Origin: Chthoniobacterales bacterium
Lineage (GTDB): Bacteria > Verrucomicrobiota > Verrucomicrobiia > Chthoniobacterales > Terrimicrobiaceae
DNA length: 64,000 bases
Direction: 5' to 3'
NCBI GenBank assembly: GCA_014879575.1
Contig: JACSRU010000113.1
Location: forward strand, 2,390 to 66,389
Positions 1-9,072 of this stretch are shown here, in pieces (within the stretch, counting starts at the first letter, position 1; each line of letters begins with the position of its first letter). A model generated the notes under the pieces. The model was not told the DNA's origin, ran no database searches, and saw only the letters and a program-made list of their open reading frames with translations. The translations under genes were made by a program, and so were the position numbers.

Positions 1-93
1 CAGCTTGAGGGCGGTTTCCGCAGTGACGGGTTCGATGTTGGCGACCCCGCGGACTCCGTCAGTTCCGAAGAGTTTTCTTTGGTGTTGGCTCAT
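1..93 (-). CDS. glmM: phosphoglucosamine mutase GlmM, 5' end only (gene runs off the left edge)
   Basis: Absent from the ORF track (no stop in window). Reverse-strand translation from ATG at 93 gives [31 protein letters not shown], the canonical GlmM N-terminus (FGTDGxRG). Fits the classic cdaA-cdaR-glmM gene order. An alternative ATG lies at 129. Confidence 0.8.
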   Translation of the reverse strand, partial: MSQHQRKLFGTDGVRGVANIEPVTAETALKL

Positions 94-271
94 GAGTTTT
101 TGGTGCAGGAAGGAGTCTTGAGGGCTCATTGGCCCGATCCCGGGGAAATTCAAACCGGATATTGTCCCGGTCCACGTTCTGCTTGATGAGATACCAAAGG
201 GCGGTTGCCAGAATCAGGCACGTGATTTTCGCTTTCCAGTTGTTGAGAAGCATCTCTTTCATATTTGTCAT
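59..271 (-). CDS. 70-aa membrane-anchor-only CdaR/YbbR-like protein (no YbbR domains)
   Basis: N-terminus [29 protein letters not shown] resembles the conserved N-terminal TM anchor of CdaR/YbbR (recalled B. subtilis CdaR: FLNNRWAVKIIALLFALLLY). Sits between cdaA and glmM as cdaR does, but stops after 70 codons and overlaps cdaA (122 nt) and glmM (35 nt) in other frames. Confidence 0.45.
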   Translation of the reverse strand: MTNMKEMLLNNWKAKITCLILATALWYLIKQNVDRDNIRFEFPRDRANEPSRLLPAPKTHEPTPKKTLRN

Positions 272-1025
272 GCAGGAGGAGTTGGCTCAGTCGGCGACGA
301 AATTTTTCCACGCTCAGGTTGCGCTCGACCAGCCCGCTATGGCAGATCGACACCTGGCCGGTTTCCTCTGACACCACAATCGCCACGGCGTCGGATTCCT
401 CGCTCAACCCAAGCCCGGCCCGATGGCGCAGGCCGAGATTGCGATCCAGATCCTCGCGCTGCGTGAGCGGAAAGATACAGGCCGCCGCGACAATGCGATC
501 ATTGTGGAGAATGAGCCCCCCGTCATGAAGCACGGTCTTGGGCTGAAAGAGCGTCAGAACGAGTTCCTTGGAGTATTCGCTGTCGAGGCGGACGCCCGTC
601 TCGACAAATGCCTTGAGGCTGATCTCGCGCTCGACGGCAATGAGTGCCCCGAATCCCTTGCTCGCAAGCTCAAAGACCGTGTCGGTGATCTCCTCGATCG
701 TCTCGCGCTCCTCGAAGGCGGAGGAAAAGAGGTGGTGGCTTCCAAGTTCGGTGAATGCCCGGCGCAATTCGGGTTGAAAAATCACCACCAGGGCAATCGC
801 AAGGATCACCGAGAAACTTTTTAAAATCCATCCGATCACCACAAGGTTGAGAACTTGCGAAACCAGAGTCAGGGTCAAAAACACCAAGGCCAGTCCGATA
901 AAAATCCGCGCCCCGTGGGTTCCCCGGAGATAAAGATACGTATAATAGAGGACCGCCGTCAAAATCGCGATCTCGACGCCGGACGTCCAATTTTCCCGCA
1001 GGAATAATCCGGCTGTCTCAAGCAT
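150..1025 (-). CDS. cdaA: diadenylate cyclase CdaA (c-di-AMP synthase)
   Basis: Three N-terminal TM helices followed by a DAC domain: [43 protein letters not shown]. The folP-cdaA linkage is common. Confidence 0.9.
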   Translation of the reverse strand: MLETAGLFLRENWTSGVEIAILTAVLYYTYLYLRGTHGARIFIGLALVFLTLTLVSQVLNLVVIGWILKSFSVILAIALVVIFQPELRRAFTELGSHHLFSSAFEERETIEEITDTVFELASKGFGALIAVEREISLKAFVETGVRLDSEYSKELVLTLFQPKTVLHDGGLILHNDRIVAAACIFPLTQREDLDRNLGLRHRAGLGLSEESDAVAIVVSEETGQVSICHSGLVERNLSVEKFRRRLSQLLLHDKYERDASQQLESENHVPDSGNRPLVSHQAERGPGQYPV

Positions 1026-1860
1026 CTTCGATGATCGCCTCTATCGTGCGAAGCGCCTCCCGGTGAGGTTTGACATCGTGAACACGGAAAATCCTTGCCC
1101 CGCTTTCCCGGCAATAGCAGGTCAGCGCGACCCCCGGCCAAAAGCGGTCTTCGACCCTCTGACTTCCCGCGATCCATCCCAAAAACGATTTTCTGGAAAC
1201 TCCGATGAGCAGCGGCCGGGCAAAAGATTGGAACGCGGCGAGGCTGCGAAGCAAAAGGCGATTGTGCTCCGCCGTCTTTCCGAATCCAATTCCTGGGTCA
1301 ATTGCGATGCTCATCGGGTCAATGCCGGAACCTACCGCCTGGCGCAGGGACTGTCGAAAAAAATCCCCCACCTCGGAGACGACATCCCGATAATCCGGGG
1401 CAGCCTGCATGGTCCTCGGAGTTCCCTGCATGTGCATGAGGACAACGCCGGCCCGGAAATCCGCCACGACCCCGGCCATCCTTCCGTCCCCGTTCAATCC
1501 CGTGACATCATTCACGATGTCCGCCCCGGCGTCCAGTGCCGCCGCCGCGACATCCGCCTTGGAAGTGTCGATGGAAATCAGGCAGTCCAGACCGGCGGCC
1601 CGCAGGCCTTGGATGACCGGCAAAACACGCGCCAATTCCTCATCAGCCGAAACCGGATGGGCTCCCGGCCGGGTGGACTCGCCGCCGATGTCCAGAATGG
1701 TGGCCCCGTCCGTCGCCATTTGAAGCCCCTGGGAGATGGCGGCTTCCGGGGAGAAAAACCTTCCGCCATCGGAAAAGGAATCCGGCGTCACATTGAGCAC
1801 GCCCATGATCCATCCGCGTTGCGAGAGATCGTATTCGCGACCGCGAATCTTCCAGATCAT
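1018..1860 (-). CDS. folP: dihydropteroate synthase
   Basis: GVLNVTPDSFSDGG and DIGGESTRPG motifs; length 280 aa. Confidence 0.92.
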   Translation of the reverse strand: MIWKIRGREYDLSQRGWIMGVLNVTPDSFSDGGRFFSPEAAISQGLQMATDGATILDIGGESTRPGAHPVSADEELARVLPVIQGLRAAGLDCLISIDTSKADVAAAALDAGADIVNDVTGLNGDGRMAGVVADFRAGVVLMHMQGTPRTMQAAPDYRDVVSEVGDFFRQSLRQAVGSGIDPMSIAIDPGIGFGKTAEHNRLLLRSLAAFQSFARPLLIGVSRKSFLGWIAGSQRVEDRFWPGVALTCYCRESGARIFRVHDVKPHREALRTIEAIIEDA

Positions 1861-3143
1861 TTTTCCAGTCGGATCCGCGCGGAACGTCCGTGGGCATCGA
1901 GGCTTTCGATCTCGCTGAACGTCTTGAGATACGGAAGCGAGGCCCGCAGGGAGGGCTCATCGAACATGACGACGCTTGTGCGACGCTGGAACTGATCGAC
2001 CGTGAGTCCCGCGAAGGATTTTCCCGCGCCCCCCGTGGGCAGCTCGTGGCTGGGACCCGCGAGGAAATCCCCGCCGGCCACCGGAGAAATCCCCCCCAGA
2101 AAAATGCCTCCTGTCGTGACAAGTTGGAGGGCGATTTCCCCCGGACGGGATGTGGCGATCGAGACGTGTTCGGCGGCGTAGTCATTCGCGATCCGGATGG
2201 CGGAATCCATGTCCCTGACCAGAACCAGCGCGGCGTTTTTGAGTGCGGCGGAGAGTTCCTTGGGACGCTTTGAGAGTTTGATTTGTTTCGAGAGGAGTTT
2301 CTCGACGCCGGAAAGAATCTTGGGAGAGTCCGTGAGAAGGATGGCGGCGCTCCCATGCCCATGCTCGGACTGCGCGAGAAGGTCGGCGGCAATCCAGGCG
2401 GGGTTTGCGGTTTTGTCGGCGATGACAAGGATTTCGCTCGGACCCGGAAGCAAATCCACCGCAACCCGCCCGAAGACTTGGCGCTTCGCCTCGACGACCC
2501 AGGCATTTCCAGGACCAAAGATCTTCTGGACCGGACGAATGGTTTTCGTCCCATACGCCAGGGCCGCAACCGCCTGGGCGCCGCCCACACGATAAATCTC
2601 GGTGGCTCCGCATTCCGCCAGGGCGGCCAGCAGGGCCGGATGCACCTGCCCATCTTTTCCGGACGGGGTGACCGTCACGATTTCCCGAACTCCTGCGGCG
2701 GCAGCCAGCGTGCAGGTCATGATCGCCGAGGAAACCAGCGGGGCATTGCCGCCAGGAATGTAGATGCCCACACGCTGAAACGGATCAAACCGCTCGCCGA
2801 CGACCGCTCCCTGCCGGTTCTTCATGAACCAGCTCTTGCGAAGACTGCGGCGGGCAAAATTGCGGACGTTGGCGCGCGCGGCGGAAATCGCCCGGCGGGT
2901 GTCCGGCGGCAACTCCGCAATCGCGCGGGCGGTCTCTGCGGGAGCCACGGGAATCTGCGAGACAGCCAGCGAGGGGCCTCCAAATTTTTTGGTGTAGCGC
3001 AGGAGCGCGGCATCCCCCTTTTTTTCAACCGCTGTGAGGATTTTTGTGACCAGAGTTCGGACCTTGGGATCTGGAGCGGCCCGACGGTCAAGGGAGGCCA
3101 GAGCCTTATCGTAATCACGGTCGCTAGGTCGCAGGATTTTCAT
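1857..3143 (-). CDS. hisD: histidinol dehydrogenase
   Basis: GGAQAVAALAYGT and LAQSEHGHGSAAILLTDS motifs. Start placed at MKILRPSD (ATG 3143), 4 nt after the nuoH stop; the ORF-track start at 3179 would overlap nuoH. Confidence 0.92.
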   Translation of the reverse strand: MKILRPSDRDYDKALASLDRRAAPDPKVRTLVTKILTAVEKKGDAALLRYTKKFGGPSLAVSQIPVAPAETARAIAELPPDTRRAISAARANVRNFARRSLRKSWFMKNRQGAVVGERFDPFQRVGIYIPGGNAPLVSSAIMTCTLAAAAGVREIVTVTPSGKDGQVHPALLAALAECGATEIYRVGGAQAVAALAYGTKTIRPVQKIFGPGNAWVVEAKRQVFGRVAVDLLPGPSEILVIADKTANPAWIAADLLAQSEHGHGSAAILLTDSPKILSGVEKLLSKQIKLSKRPKELSAALKNAALVLVRDMDSAIRIANDYAAEHVSIATSRPGEIALQLVTTGGIFLGGISPVAGGDFLAGPSHELPTGGAGKSFAGLTVDQFQRRTSVVMFDEPSLRASLPYLKTFSEIESLDAHGRSARIRLEK

Positions 3144-3147
3144 GGGC

Positions 3148-4383
3148 TCAACGCATCGTGACAAGGACCAGGGCGGCAAGGAAGATGTTCACCAGCGCAA
3201 GCTCGAAAAAGAAATACCACCCGAGCTTCATCAATTGGTCATAGCGAAACCGCGGCAGGGTCCAACGCACCCAGATGAACAACAAAAGAAGAAGGCAGAC
3301 CTTGGCAAAAAAGACTCCGATGTTCACCAGGCCGAAGACCACGGAGGGCAGCCAGGCTCCGACATTCGCGAGCGTGACGACAACCCCTTCCGGCAGGCGG
3401 CCATCCGGCACAAGCGGGAAGCTCCAGCCACCGAGGAACAGCGTGACGATGACGCCCGAGCCGGCGATCATGGCGGCATATTCGCCAAGAAAAAAGAGCG
3501 CGAATCCCATGCCGGAGTATTCGGTGTGATACCCGCCCACCAATTCCTGCTCCGCTTCCGGAAGATCGAAGGGCAGACGGTTTGTCTCGGCAAACATCGC
3601 AACCAAAAAGACGAAGAACGAAATCAACATCGGAAGCCACAACGCCACGCGCTGCCAGGAAAAACCTGCGACGCAGGCTCCCAGGATGCCGCTCCAATCT
3701 CCGGAGGCGATCATTTGCCAATCAAGACCTTTGGGCCACCAGGGCGCCACGAGCCAGCCGTTCCGCACCTGCCATTCCACGATGCCGGGGAGATTCAATG
3801 TGCCGCAAATCATGAAAACCGGAATCACCGAAAGCCCGAGCGCCAGCTCATAGGATATCATCTGCGAGGAAGATCGGATGCCACCGAGAAACGGATACTT
3901 GGAATTCGACGCCCACCCGGCGAGCACGATTCCGTAAACCCCCAGCGAGGACACCGCAAAAACATACAACACGCCCACATTGATGTCGGCGATCACCATC
4001 GGCACCCCGAACAATTCCGAACCAAACGGCAGGACGGCCAGCACGAGGATCGGCGGAACCATCGCGAGCTTCGGGGCAATGTAGTAGAAGAACTTGTTGA
4101 CGCTCGCCGGGATGAAATTTTCCTTCAAGACCAACTTCATCGCATCGGCTATCGGCTGGCCGAGTCCGAAAATGGGGAGATCTTTTTTCAACCCAAGCAG
4201 GGTGAGAGGAACCCCCACGCGGTTCGGACCCACGCGATCCTGGATCAGCGCGCAGACCTTGCGCTCGGCATAGACCGTATAAGACACCAACCCGAGGATC
4301 ACCCCGAGGAGCCCGATTGTCTTCGCCAGCGAAGTCCACACGAGAAAAACCTCCGGAATGAACAGGATACTCAACATTTCCAT
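3148..4383 (-). CDS. nuoH: NADH-quinone oxidoreductase subunit H (NuoH/ND1), not accompanied by other nuo genes
   Basis: ERKVCALIQDRVGPNRVG, PFDLPEAEQELVGGYHTEYSGM and RWTLPRFRYDQLM signatures; 411 aa. Confidence 0.9.
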   Translation of the reverse strand: MEMLSILFIPEVFLVWTSLAKTIGLLGVILGLVSYTVYAERKVCALIQDRVGPNRVGVPLTLLGLKKDLPIFGLGQPIADAMKLVLKENFIPASVNKFFYYIAPKLAMVPPILVLAVLPFGSELFGVPMVIADINVGVLYVFAVSSLGVYGIVLAGWASNSKYPFLGGIRSSSQMISYELALGLSVIPVFMICGTLNLPGIVEWQVRNGWLVAPWWPKGLDWQMIASGDWSGILGACVAGFSWQRVALWLPMLISFFVFLVAMFAETNRLPFDLPEAEQELVGGYHTEYSGMGFALFFLGEYAAMIAGSGVIVTLFLGGWSFPLVPDGRLPEGVVVTLANVGAWLPSVVFGLVNIGVFFAKVCLLLLLFIWVRWTLPRFRYDQLMKLGWYFFFELALVNIFLAALVLVTMR

Positions 4384-4505
4384 GAAAATGGCTTACCCGC
4401 ATCCCGCCGCCCCTGTCGAGAATCAAAGCCGGACAAACACCACTGTTTCTTGCTCCCCTGCCCGGATAACGCCCTCCCGATCCGGTCAACATCGGGTCCA
4501 GAGAA

Positions 4506-4707
4506 GGGGTCAGTCCCATAATTTATAATTTCTCGCTGACCCAGTCCAAATTTTGCGAACTGCCAAGGTGCCCCATGTCGCGGCACATGGTTCGCTCGAA
4601 ATCCTCCTCCGACCGACCTCCAAACCTGATGCGCGGTGTTTTTTTTAATATGAAACCTTCTTCAGCGTATGGAGTTCGAAAAAATTATAAGTTATGGGAC
4701 TGACCCC
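4506..4707. repeat. 25-bp terminal inverted repeats flanking about 150 bp (MITE-like or structured element)
   Basis: Left arm 4506-4530 is ggggtcagtcccataatttataatt. The reverse complement of 4683-4707 is ggggtcagtcccataacttataatt (24/25 match). The arms have an AT-rich inner half that is unusual for this genome. The interior holds nested hairpins (gcgaac..ccatgt-cgcggc-acatgg..gttcgc) and a T8 run. Confidence 0.6.
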
Positions 4708-4790
4708 CTCAACTTATCTCTCTGAGCCCCTCAAAGATTCAGAGGACTTCTCTCTTTCGGAATCGCTGGGCATTGTTATACCGTGAACGA

Positions 4791-5474
4791 ATGCGCCATC
4801 GGGCTCTCCTTCCGCTTCTGATTTCTGTGGGGATGCTTGGGGCTTACCTGCCGGATGCCGCCATTGGTGCCTGGGGCGGGCATGGCGTGGTGCGCTGGAG
4901 CACCCGCAACACGAAGCATCCGGTGGCAGTGGAGAAAAACTCCAAAGGCCCGCCTCAGCGGCGTGGTCTCGGACTCCGCCTTCGTGTTTGGGAGCGCGGG
5001 ACCGACGGCACGCTTTTCATCGGCACCCTCAAGGCCAGCCCCGAATGGGACACCGAGTCGCCTGATTGGCTGGATGCCGAAACAAAGGACATCCTGGGAA
5101 CCTGGGAGGAAGGCGATTCCGGGCGAACCTATGCGGGATTTTCCGTGGACTTGGTTTGTGCGAACAAGCTCCAGGATGCCTGGGCGTCGGCGTCGGAGCT
5201 TCGAAGCCATCTCCTGGCGGTCGAGTCCCTGGATGCTGAGAATATGAACTATCCCCTGCGTCCGGATCGGATTTTTTGGGATGCGCTTCAGGCAGGTTCA
5301 GCCTATCGAAAGGCCGTTCGGGAAAAGGACCGTCCCGGTGCGGCCTCTGCGCTCGAAACCATGATCCCTCTGCTTGAAACTCTCGCACGGGAGTATCCGG
5401 GGTGGCATGCGGATTCCGTGGAGAGCAAACTCAGGGAGGCAAGAAGGATGCGGGATGACTTGCCGCTCAAATAG
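4791..5474 (+). CDS. hypothetical secreted protein
   Basis: ORF-track 4773..5474. The ATG at 4791 gives MRHRALLPLLISVGMLGAYLPDAA, a signal-peptide-like N-terminus. No motif recognised. Confidence 0.6.
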   Translation: MRHRALLPLLISVGMLGAYLPDAAIGAWGGHGVVRWSTRNTKHPVAVEKNSKGPPQRRGLGLRLRVWERGTDGTLFIGTLKASPEWDTESPDWLDAETKDILGTWEEGDSGRTYAGFSVDLVCANKLQDAWASASELRSHLLAVESLDAENMNYPLRPDRIFWDALQAGSAYRKAVREKDRPGAASALETMIPLLETLAREYPGWHADSVESKLREARRMRDDLPLK

Positions 5475-5639
5475 TCGCCGCGCTTATTCATTGAAGCCAA
5501 CAGAGCGGAACTCTTCGTGCCCTCTGTCGGCGACATGCCATCTTTTCATCACATTTCCGCGGACCAGACGGAGCTGGTCCCTCCAAAAAAACACGAGAAA
5601 GCTGGCGAGGGGACTTTTCGTCCGGCAGGCTGCATCGCA

Positions 5640-6269
5640 GTGATTTTGTATGTTCTTCAACTGATCGGCACTGCGGTTTTCGCATGCAGCGGAGCCTTGG
5701 AAGCCGGACGCAAGCGATTGGATCTTGTGGGAGTGGCCGCTGTGAGTTTCGTCACAGCCATGGGAGGCGGAACCGTGCGTGATGTCCTGCTTGACCGGGA
5801 GACCCTCTTATGGACGGCAGATCCCGTGTATCTCTACATCAGCGTGGGTGCCGGTCTCCTGACGTGGGCGTTGGCGCGCATTTGGGTGCCGTCTTCCCGA
5901 ATGCTTGTGCTCCTCGATGCCGGCGGGCTCGCCCTGTTTACGATCAGCGGAGTGCAGGTCGCCGAGCACGAGGGAGCTTCCGCCGTGATTGCCTTGGTCA
6001 TGGGACTCATCACCGGTGCCGCAGGCGGCGTGTTCCGAGATGTCCTTTGCGGGGAAATTCCGTTGATCTTCCGGGCGAGCGATCTGTATGTGAGTGCCAG
6101 CCTCCTGGGCGGCGGCGCGTATCTTGCGGCCAAAGCCCTCGGGCTGTCCATCGGCGCGTCCGCCCTCCTTGGTGCGACTCTCATCTTTCTGCTCCGCATG
6201 GCCGCTGTCAAATGGCACTGGCGGCTTCCTGTTTTTTCTCTCTCCGAAAAATCCGTGGAGCGCGAATGA
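5640..6269 (+). CDS. TRIC-family cation channel / UPF0126 (YadS/YicG-like) membrane protein
   Basis: Two UPF0126 repeats: IGTAVFACSGALEA..AMGGGTVRDVL and ALFTISGVQVA..ITGAAGGVFRDVL. The start is uncertain: the ORF opens at 5517; GTG at 5640 (M-ILYVLQLIG) gives the usual family length. Confidence 0.75.
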   Translation: MILYVLQLIGTAVFACSGALEAGRKRLDLVGVAAVSFVTAMGGGTVRDVLLDRETLLWTADPVYLYISVGAGLLTWALARIWVPSSRMLVLLDAGGLALFTISGVQVAEHEGASAVIALVMGLITGAAGGVFRDVLCGEIPLIFRASDLYVSASLLGGGAYLAAKALGLSIGASALLGATLIFLLRMAAVKWHWRLPVFSLSEKSVERE

Positions 6270-6361
6270 AGGGACGTGTCGGAGAGTCAAAGAAAGGTTG
6301 CCGCGGAGAGGTTCCGTTTGCCGTGGGACGCATCCTCCGATAGACTTTTTCCCCTGATCGT

Positions 6362-7711
6362 ATGTCTGGAACCACACTGGAAATTCTCTTTATCTTTATT
6401 TTGCTTCTGGCGAATGGCGTTTTTGCCATGGCGGAGATTGCGCTTGTCTCCTCGCGAAAGGCCCGGTTGAAAACGCTTGCCGACGAGGGCCACCAGGGGG
6501 CGAAATTGGCCATGGACCTCGCCCAGGCACCGGGAAAATTTCTTTCGACCGTGCAGGTGGGCATCACGCTGGTGGGGACGCTGGCGGGTGCGTTCGGCGG
6601 AGCCCGGATCGCGGAGACGCTCTCCCATTATGTGGATAAGATTCCGGGACTGGCCGGACAGCCCTCCCACTACCTCTCGCTCTTCCTTGTTGTCGCAGTC
6701 ATCACGTATTTTTCCGTGATCATCGGCGAGCTTGTCCCGAAGCGCCTGGCTCTGACCAACCCGGAGAAGATCGCCTCCGCGCTTGCGCGACCGATGAACG
6801 CGCTGGCGGTCGGCTTTTCTCCGGTTGTCAATCTGCTGAGCCATTCCAGTGAGTTTCTCATGGCGTTGCTGGGGGTCCGAAAGACGAATGAAAGCGCCGT
6901 TTCCGAGGAGGAGGTTCGCGTGCTGATTGATGAGGGGCTGAGCACCGGGGTTTTCAAAAAGGAGGAAAAGGACATGGTCGAGGGTGTCTTTGAACTCGAT
7001 GAACAACATGCGGGCGATCTCATGACCCCGCGGGCCCGCATGATCTGGCTCTCCCTGGATGATACCGATGATGAAAACTGGAGAAAGATCGCCGGCAGCG
7101 GGCATTCGCACTTTCCGGTTTACCAGGGAACCCGCGACAATGTGATCGGCATGGTTTCGGTAAAATCCCTCTGGGCGAACCTCTCGCTCGCGGGACGCGT
7201 GGAATTGCGCGCGCTCGTCACGCCGCCGCTCTATGTTCCCACCGCGATGCCGGCCGGACGTCTGATCGAATCCTTCAAAAAGTCCGGAAAGCACATCGCG
7301 CTCGTTGTGGATGAATTCGGGGGTCTTCAGGGACTCGTGACCTTGAACGACGTAATGATGGCCATTGTCGGAAATCTTCCCGAGCGCGAACAACGCCACG
7401 ACCCGAAGGCCTCCCTGCGCCAGGATGGAACATGGATCATAGATGCCATGCTGGATGTTGATGAGGTGAAGACGAGTCTGGGTATCGAGGGTGATCTGCC
7501 GGGAGAAAATGAAAAGCGGTTCTCCACGCTCGGCGGGTTTATCCTCTACCGGCTTGGCCACATTCCGAGGGAAGGGGAGAAATTTCTGTGGGACAGTTTT
7601 GAATTTGAAGTCATCGACATGGATCGCCAGCGGATCGACAAGGTACTGGTCACCCCGCGAACGCCAAAAGCCGCCGGGGACGAGCCCCCGAATTCCGCGA
7701 TCGATATCTGA
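6362..7711 (+). CDS. CNNM/CorC-HlyC family transporter-associated protein (DUF21 + CBS pair + CorC_HlyC)
   Basis: N-terminal DUF21 membrane domain (LLLANGVFAMAEIALVSSRKARL), a central CBS-pair region and a C-terminal FEFEVIDMDRQRIDKVLV. Confidence 0.85.
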   Translation: MSGTTLEILFIFILLLANGVFAMAEIALVSSRKARLKTLADEGHQGAKLAMDLAQAPGKFLSTVQVGITLVGTLAGAFGGARIAETLSHYVDKIPGLAGQPSHYLSLFLVVAVITYFSVIIGELVPKRLALTNPEKIASALARPMNALAVGFSPVVNLLSHSSEFLMALLGVRKTNESAVSEEEVRVLIDEGLSTGVFKKEEKDMVEGVFELDEQHAGDLMTPRARMIWLSLDDTDDENWRKIAGSGHSHFPVYQGTRDNVIGMVSVKSLWANLSLAGRVELRALVTPPLYVPTAMPAGRLIESFKKSGKHIALVVDEFGGLQGLVTLNDVMMAIVGNLPEREQRHDPKASLRQDGTWIIDAMLDVDEVKTSLGIEGDLPGENEKRFSTLGGFILYRLGHIPREGEKFLWDSFEFEVIDMDRQRIDKVLVTPRTPKAAGDEPPNSAIDI

Positions 7712-7717
7712 GGGACA

Positions 7718-7747
7718 ATTTCGGAGCAGGTTTTTCCCGTCCGAAAT
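7718..7747. terminator. hairpin between convergent genes (possible bidirectional terminator)
   Basis: atttcgga (7718-7725) pairs with tccgaaat (7740-7747) around a 14-nt loop. Lies between the CorC-like stop (7711) and the DUF2130 stop (7772). No clean U-tract. Confidence 0.3.
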
Positions 7748-7771
7748 CCTGATTCCATTCAGGCAACGCCC

Positions 7772-9001
7772 TTAGCCGGGGAGGGCGAGCCGGGAGATTT
7801 CCGGGAGAGCCTCGCGTCCGGCGATCCCCTGGATGCCGCCATAGAGCCTGGCCGTGTGGGCGATGGCTTTTTCGAGCTGCGTTTCCCGCTCCCTCCATTG
7901 TTTTGCAAAGGCGCGTTTCTCCGCCTCGAGCTGTTCTTTGAGGGCAAGGAACGACTCGACAATGGCTTCGATCGTCTGACGAAAATTCGTGCTGCAGAGA
8001 TGCTCGTAGAGGAGGGCCATTTTGTCGTCGCGGTTGCTCTGCTGCATGCGCTGTGTGGCGGTGGCCACAAGGCCGTGGCGCAGGGCTTCCGCCAGGGAAA
8101 TGGCAAACGGGGGGGTGCAAACCCACACGCCATCGCATTGGCCGATCCCCCGCACCTCGGTGGGCGGGCAGGTCGTGACGAGGACGGCGAGGTCCGCTTC
8201 GGCTTCGCGCTGGTCTTCCTTGAGCTTGGCCGTCCAGTCTGAGAACCAGTTTTTCGCCCTCTTGGCCTCCCAGAGGATCTTGCCGCATTCGGAGCCGGCA
8301 TTGGTGCGCACGCGCTGGCAGACATCCGCCCCGCGCTGGCCTTTTTTCACTTCTCCAATCTCATCAAAGCGGAATGCGGCCCGCAGGCTGCTTTCCAGTT
8401 CCAATTCCAATGTCTCCCCCTGGGCCTGCATGGAGCCCTGTTCGGCGCGCTGTTGGAGAGCGGCGATCTGCGCCTGGAGATCGCGGATTCTATTTTCCTT
8501 GTCGGCGAGTTTGAGGGCCTCGGCTTCGAGGATTTGTTGCCGGATCTTGTCCCCGATCTGCTGGCGTTCCTCATCGAACTTGCGCGTCATCGCGAGTTCC
8601 ATGTTGGACTTTGCGTCTTCGAGTTCGCGTTGTTGCTTGCGAAGTTCCAGTTCGGCCGTCCGGGCGGCTTCGAGGTGACTTCGTTGCGCATCAATTTGTG
8701 CCTGAAGATCCCTGAGTTGAACGGTCATTTTGTCATTCACCTCCCGAGCGGCATCGGCCTGGAGTTTTGCCCTCGCCGCCTCCAACCCCTTCGCCACTTC
8801 CACGTCCACCGACTTCGCGCGAACCTCAAGAGACGCCCTCTCCTCATTCAGTTTTTTTTCCCGTTCCGCGATTGTCGCACGGAATTTCTCGCGCTCCTTG
8901 TGAAATTCCTTTTCGAGTTGCTCGCGCAGGCGGTGGGAAACGGCTTCTTCGAGGGGAATATCCGCACCGCAGTTCGGACAGGTGATGTGAGGTTCGGTCA
9001 T
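7772..9001 (-). CDS. DUF2130-type protein: zinc-ribbon + long coiled coil + RmuC/PD-(D/E)xK-like C-terminal domain
   Basis: True start taken at MTEPHITCPNCGADIPLEE (ATG 9001, residue 313 of the 721-aa track ORF). About 250 residues of charged heptad-like sequence, then GADVCQRV...ILWEAKRAKNW. Confidence 0.75.
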   Translation of the reverse strand: MTEPHITCPNCGADIPLEEAVSHRLREQLEKEFHKEREKFRATIAEREKKLNEERASLEVRAKSVDVEVAKGLEAARAKLQADAAREVNDKMTVQLRDLQAQIDAQRSHLEAARTAELELRKQQRELEDAKSNMELAMTRKFDEERQQIGDKIRQQILEAEALKLADKENRIRDLQAQIAALQQRAEQGSMQAQGETLELELESSLRAAFRFDEIGEVKKGQRGADVCQRVRTNAGSECGKILWEAKRAKNWFSDWTAKLKEDQREAEADLAVLVTTCPPTEVRGIGQCDGVWVCTPPFAISLAEALRHGLVATATQRMQQSNRDDKMALLYEHLCSTNFRQTIEAIVESFLALKEQLEAEKRAFAKQWRERETQLEKAIAHTARLYGGIQGIAGREALPEISRLALPG

Positions 9002-9072
9002 GTTGCAGGGGGTCTGTTGGAGCTTGGCGGGATAATGAAGGGTTGGATTTTTTGATGAATCGCGCTCTGAAA

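Noticed and set aside
3142-4521. 459-aa ORF on the plus strand
   Set aside because: Antisense to nuoH. The composition (runs of R, H, Q, E, P) is not protein-like.
6287-7561. 424-aa ORF on the minus strand
   Set aside because: Antisense to the CNNM/CorC gene; low-complexity R/G/H-rich sequence.
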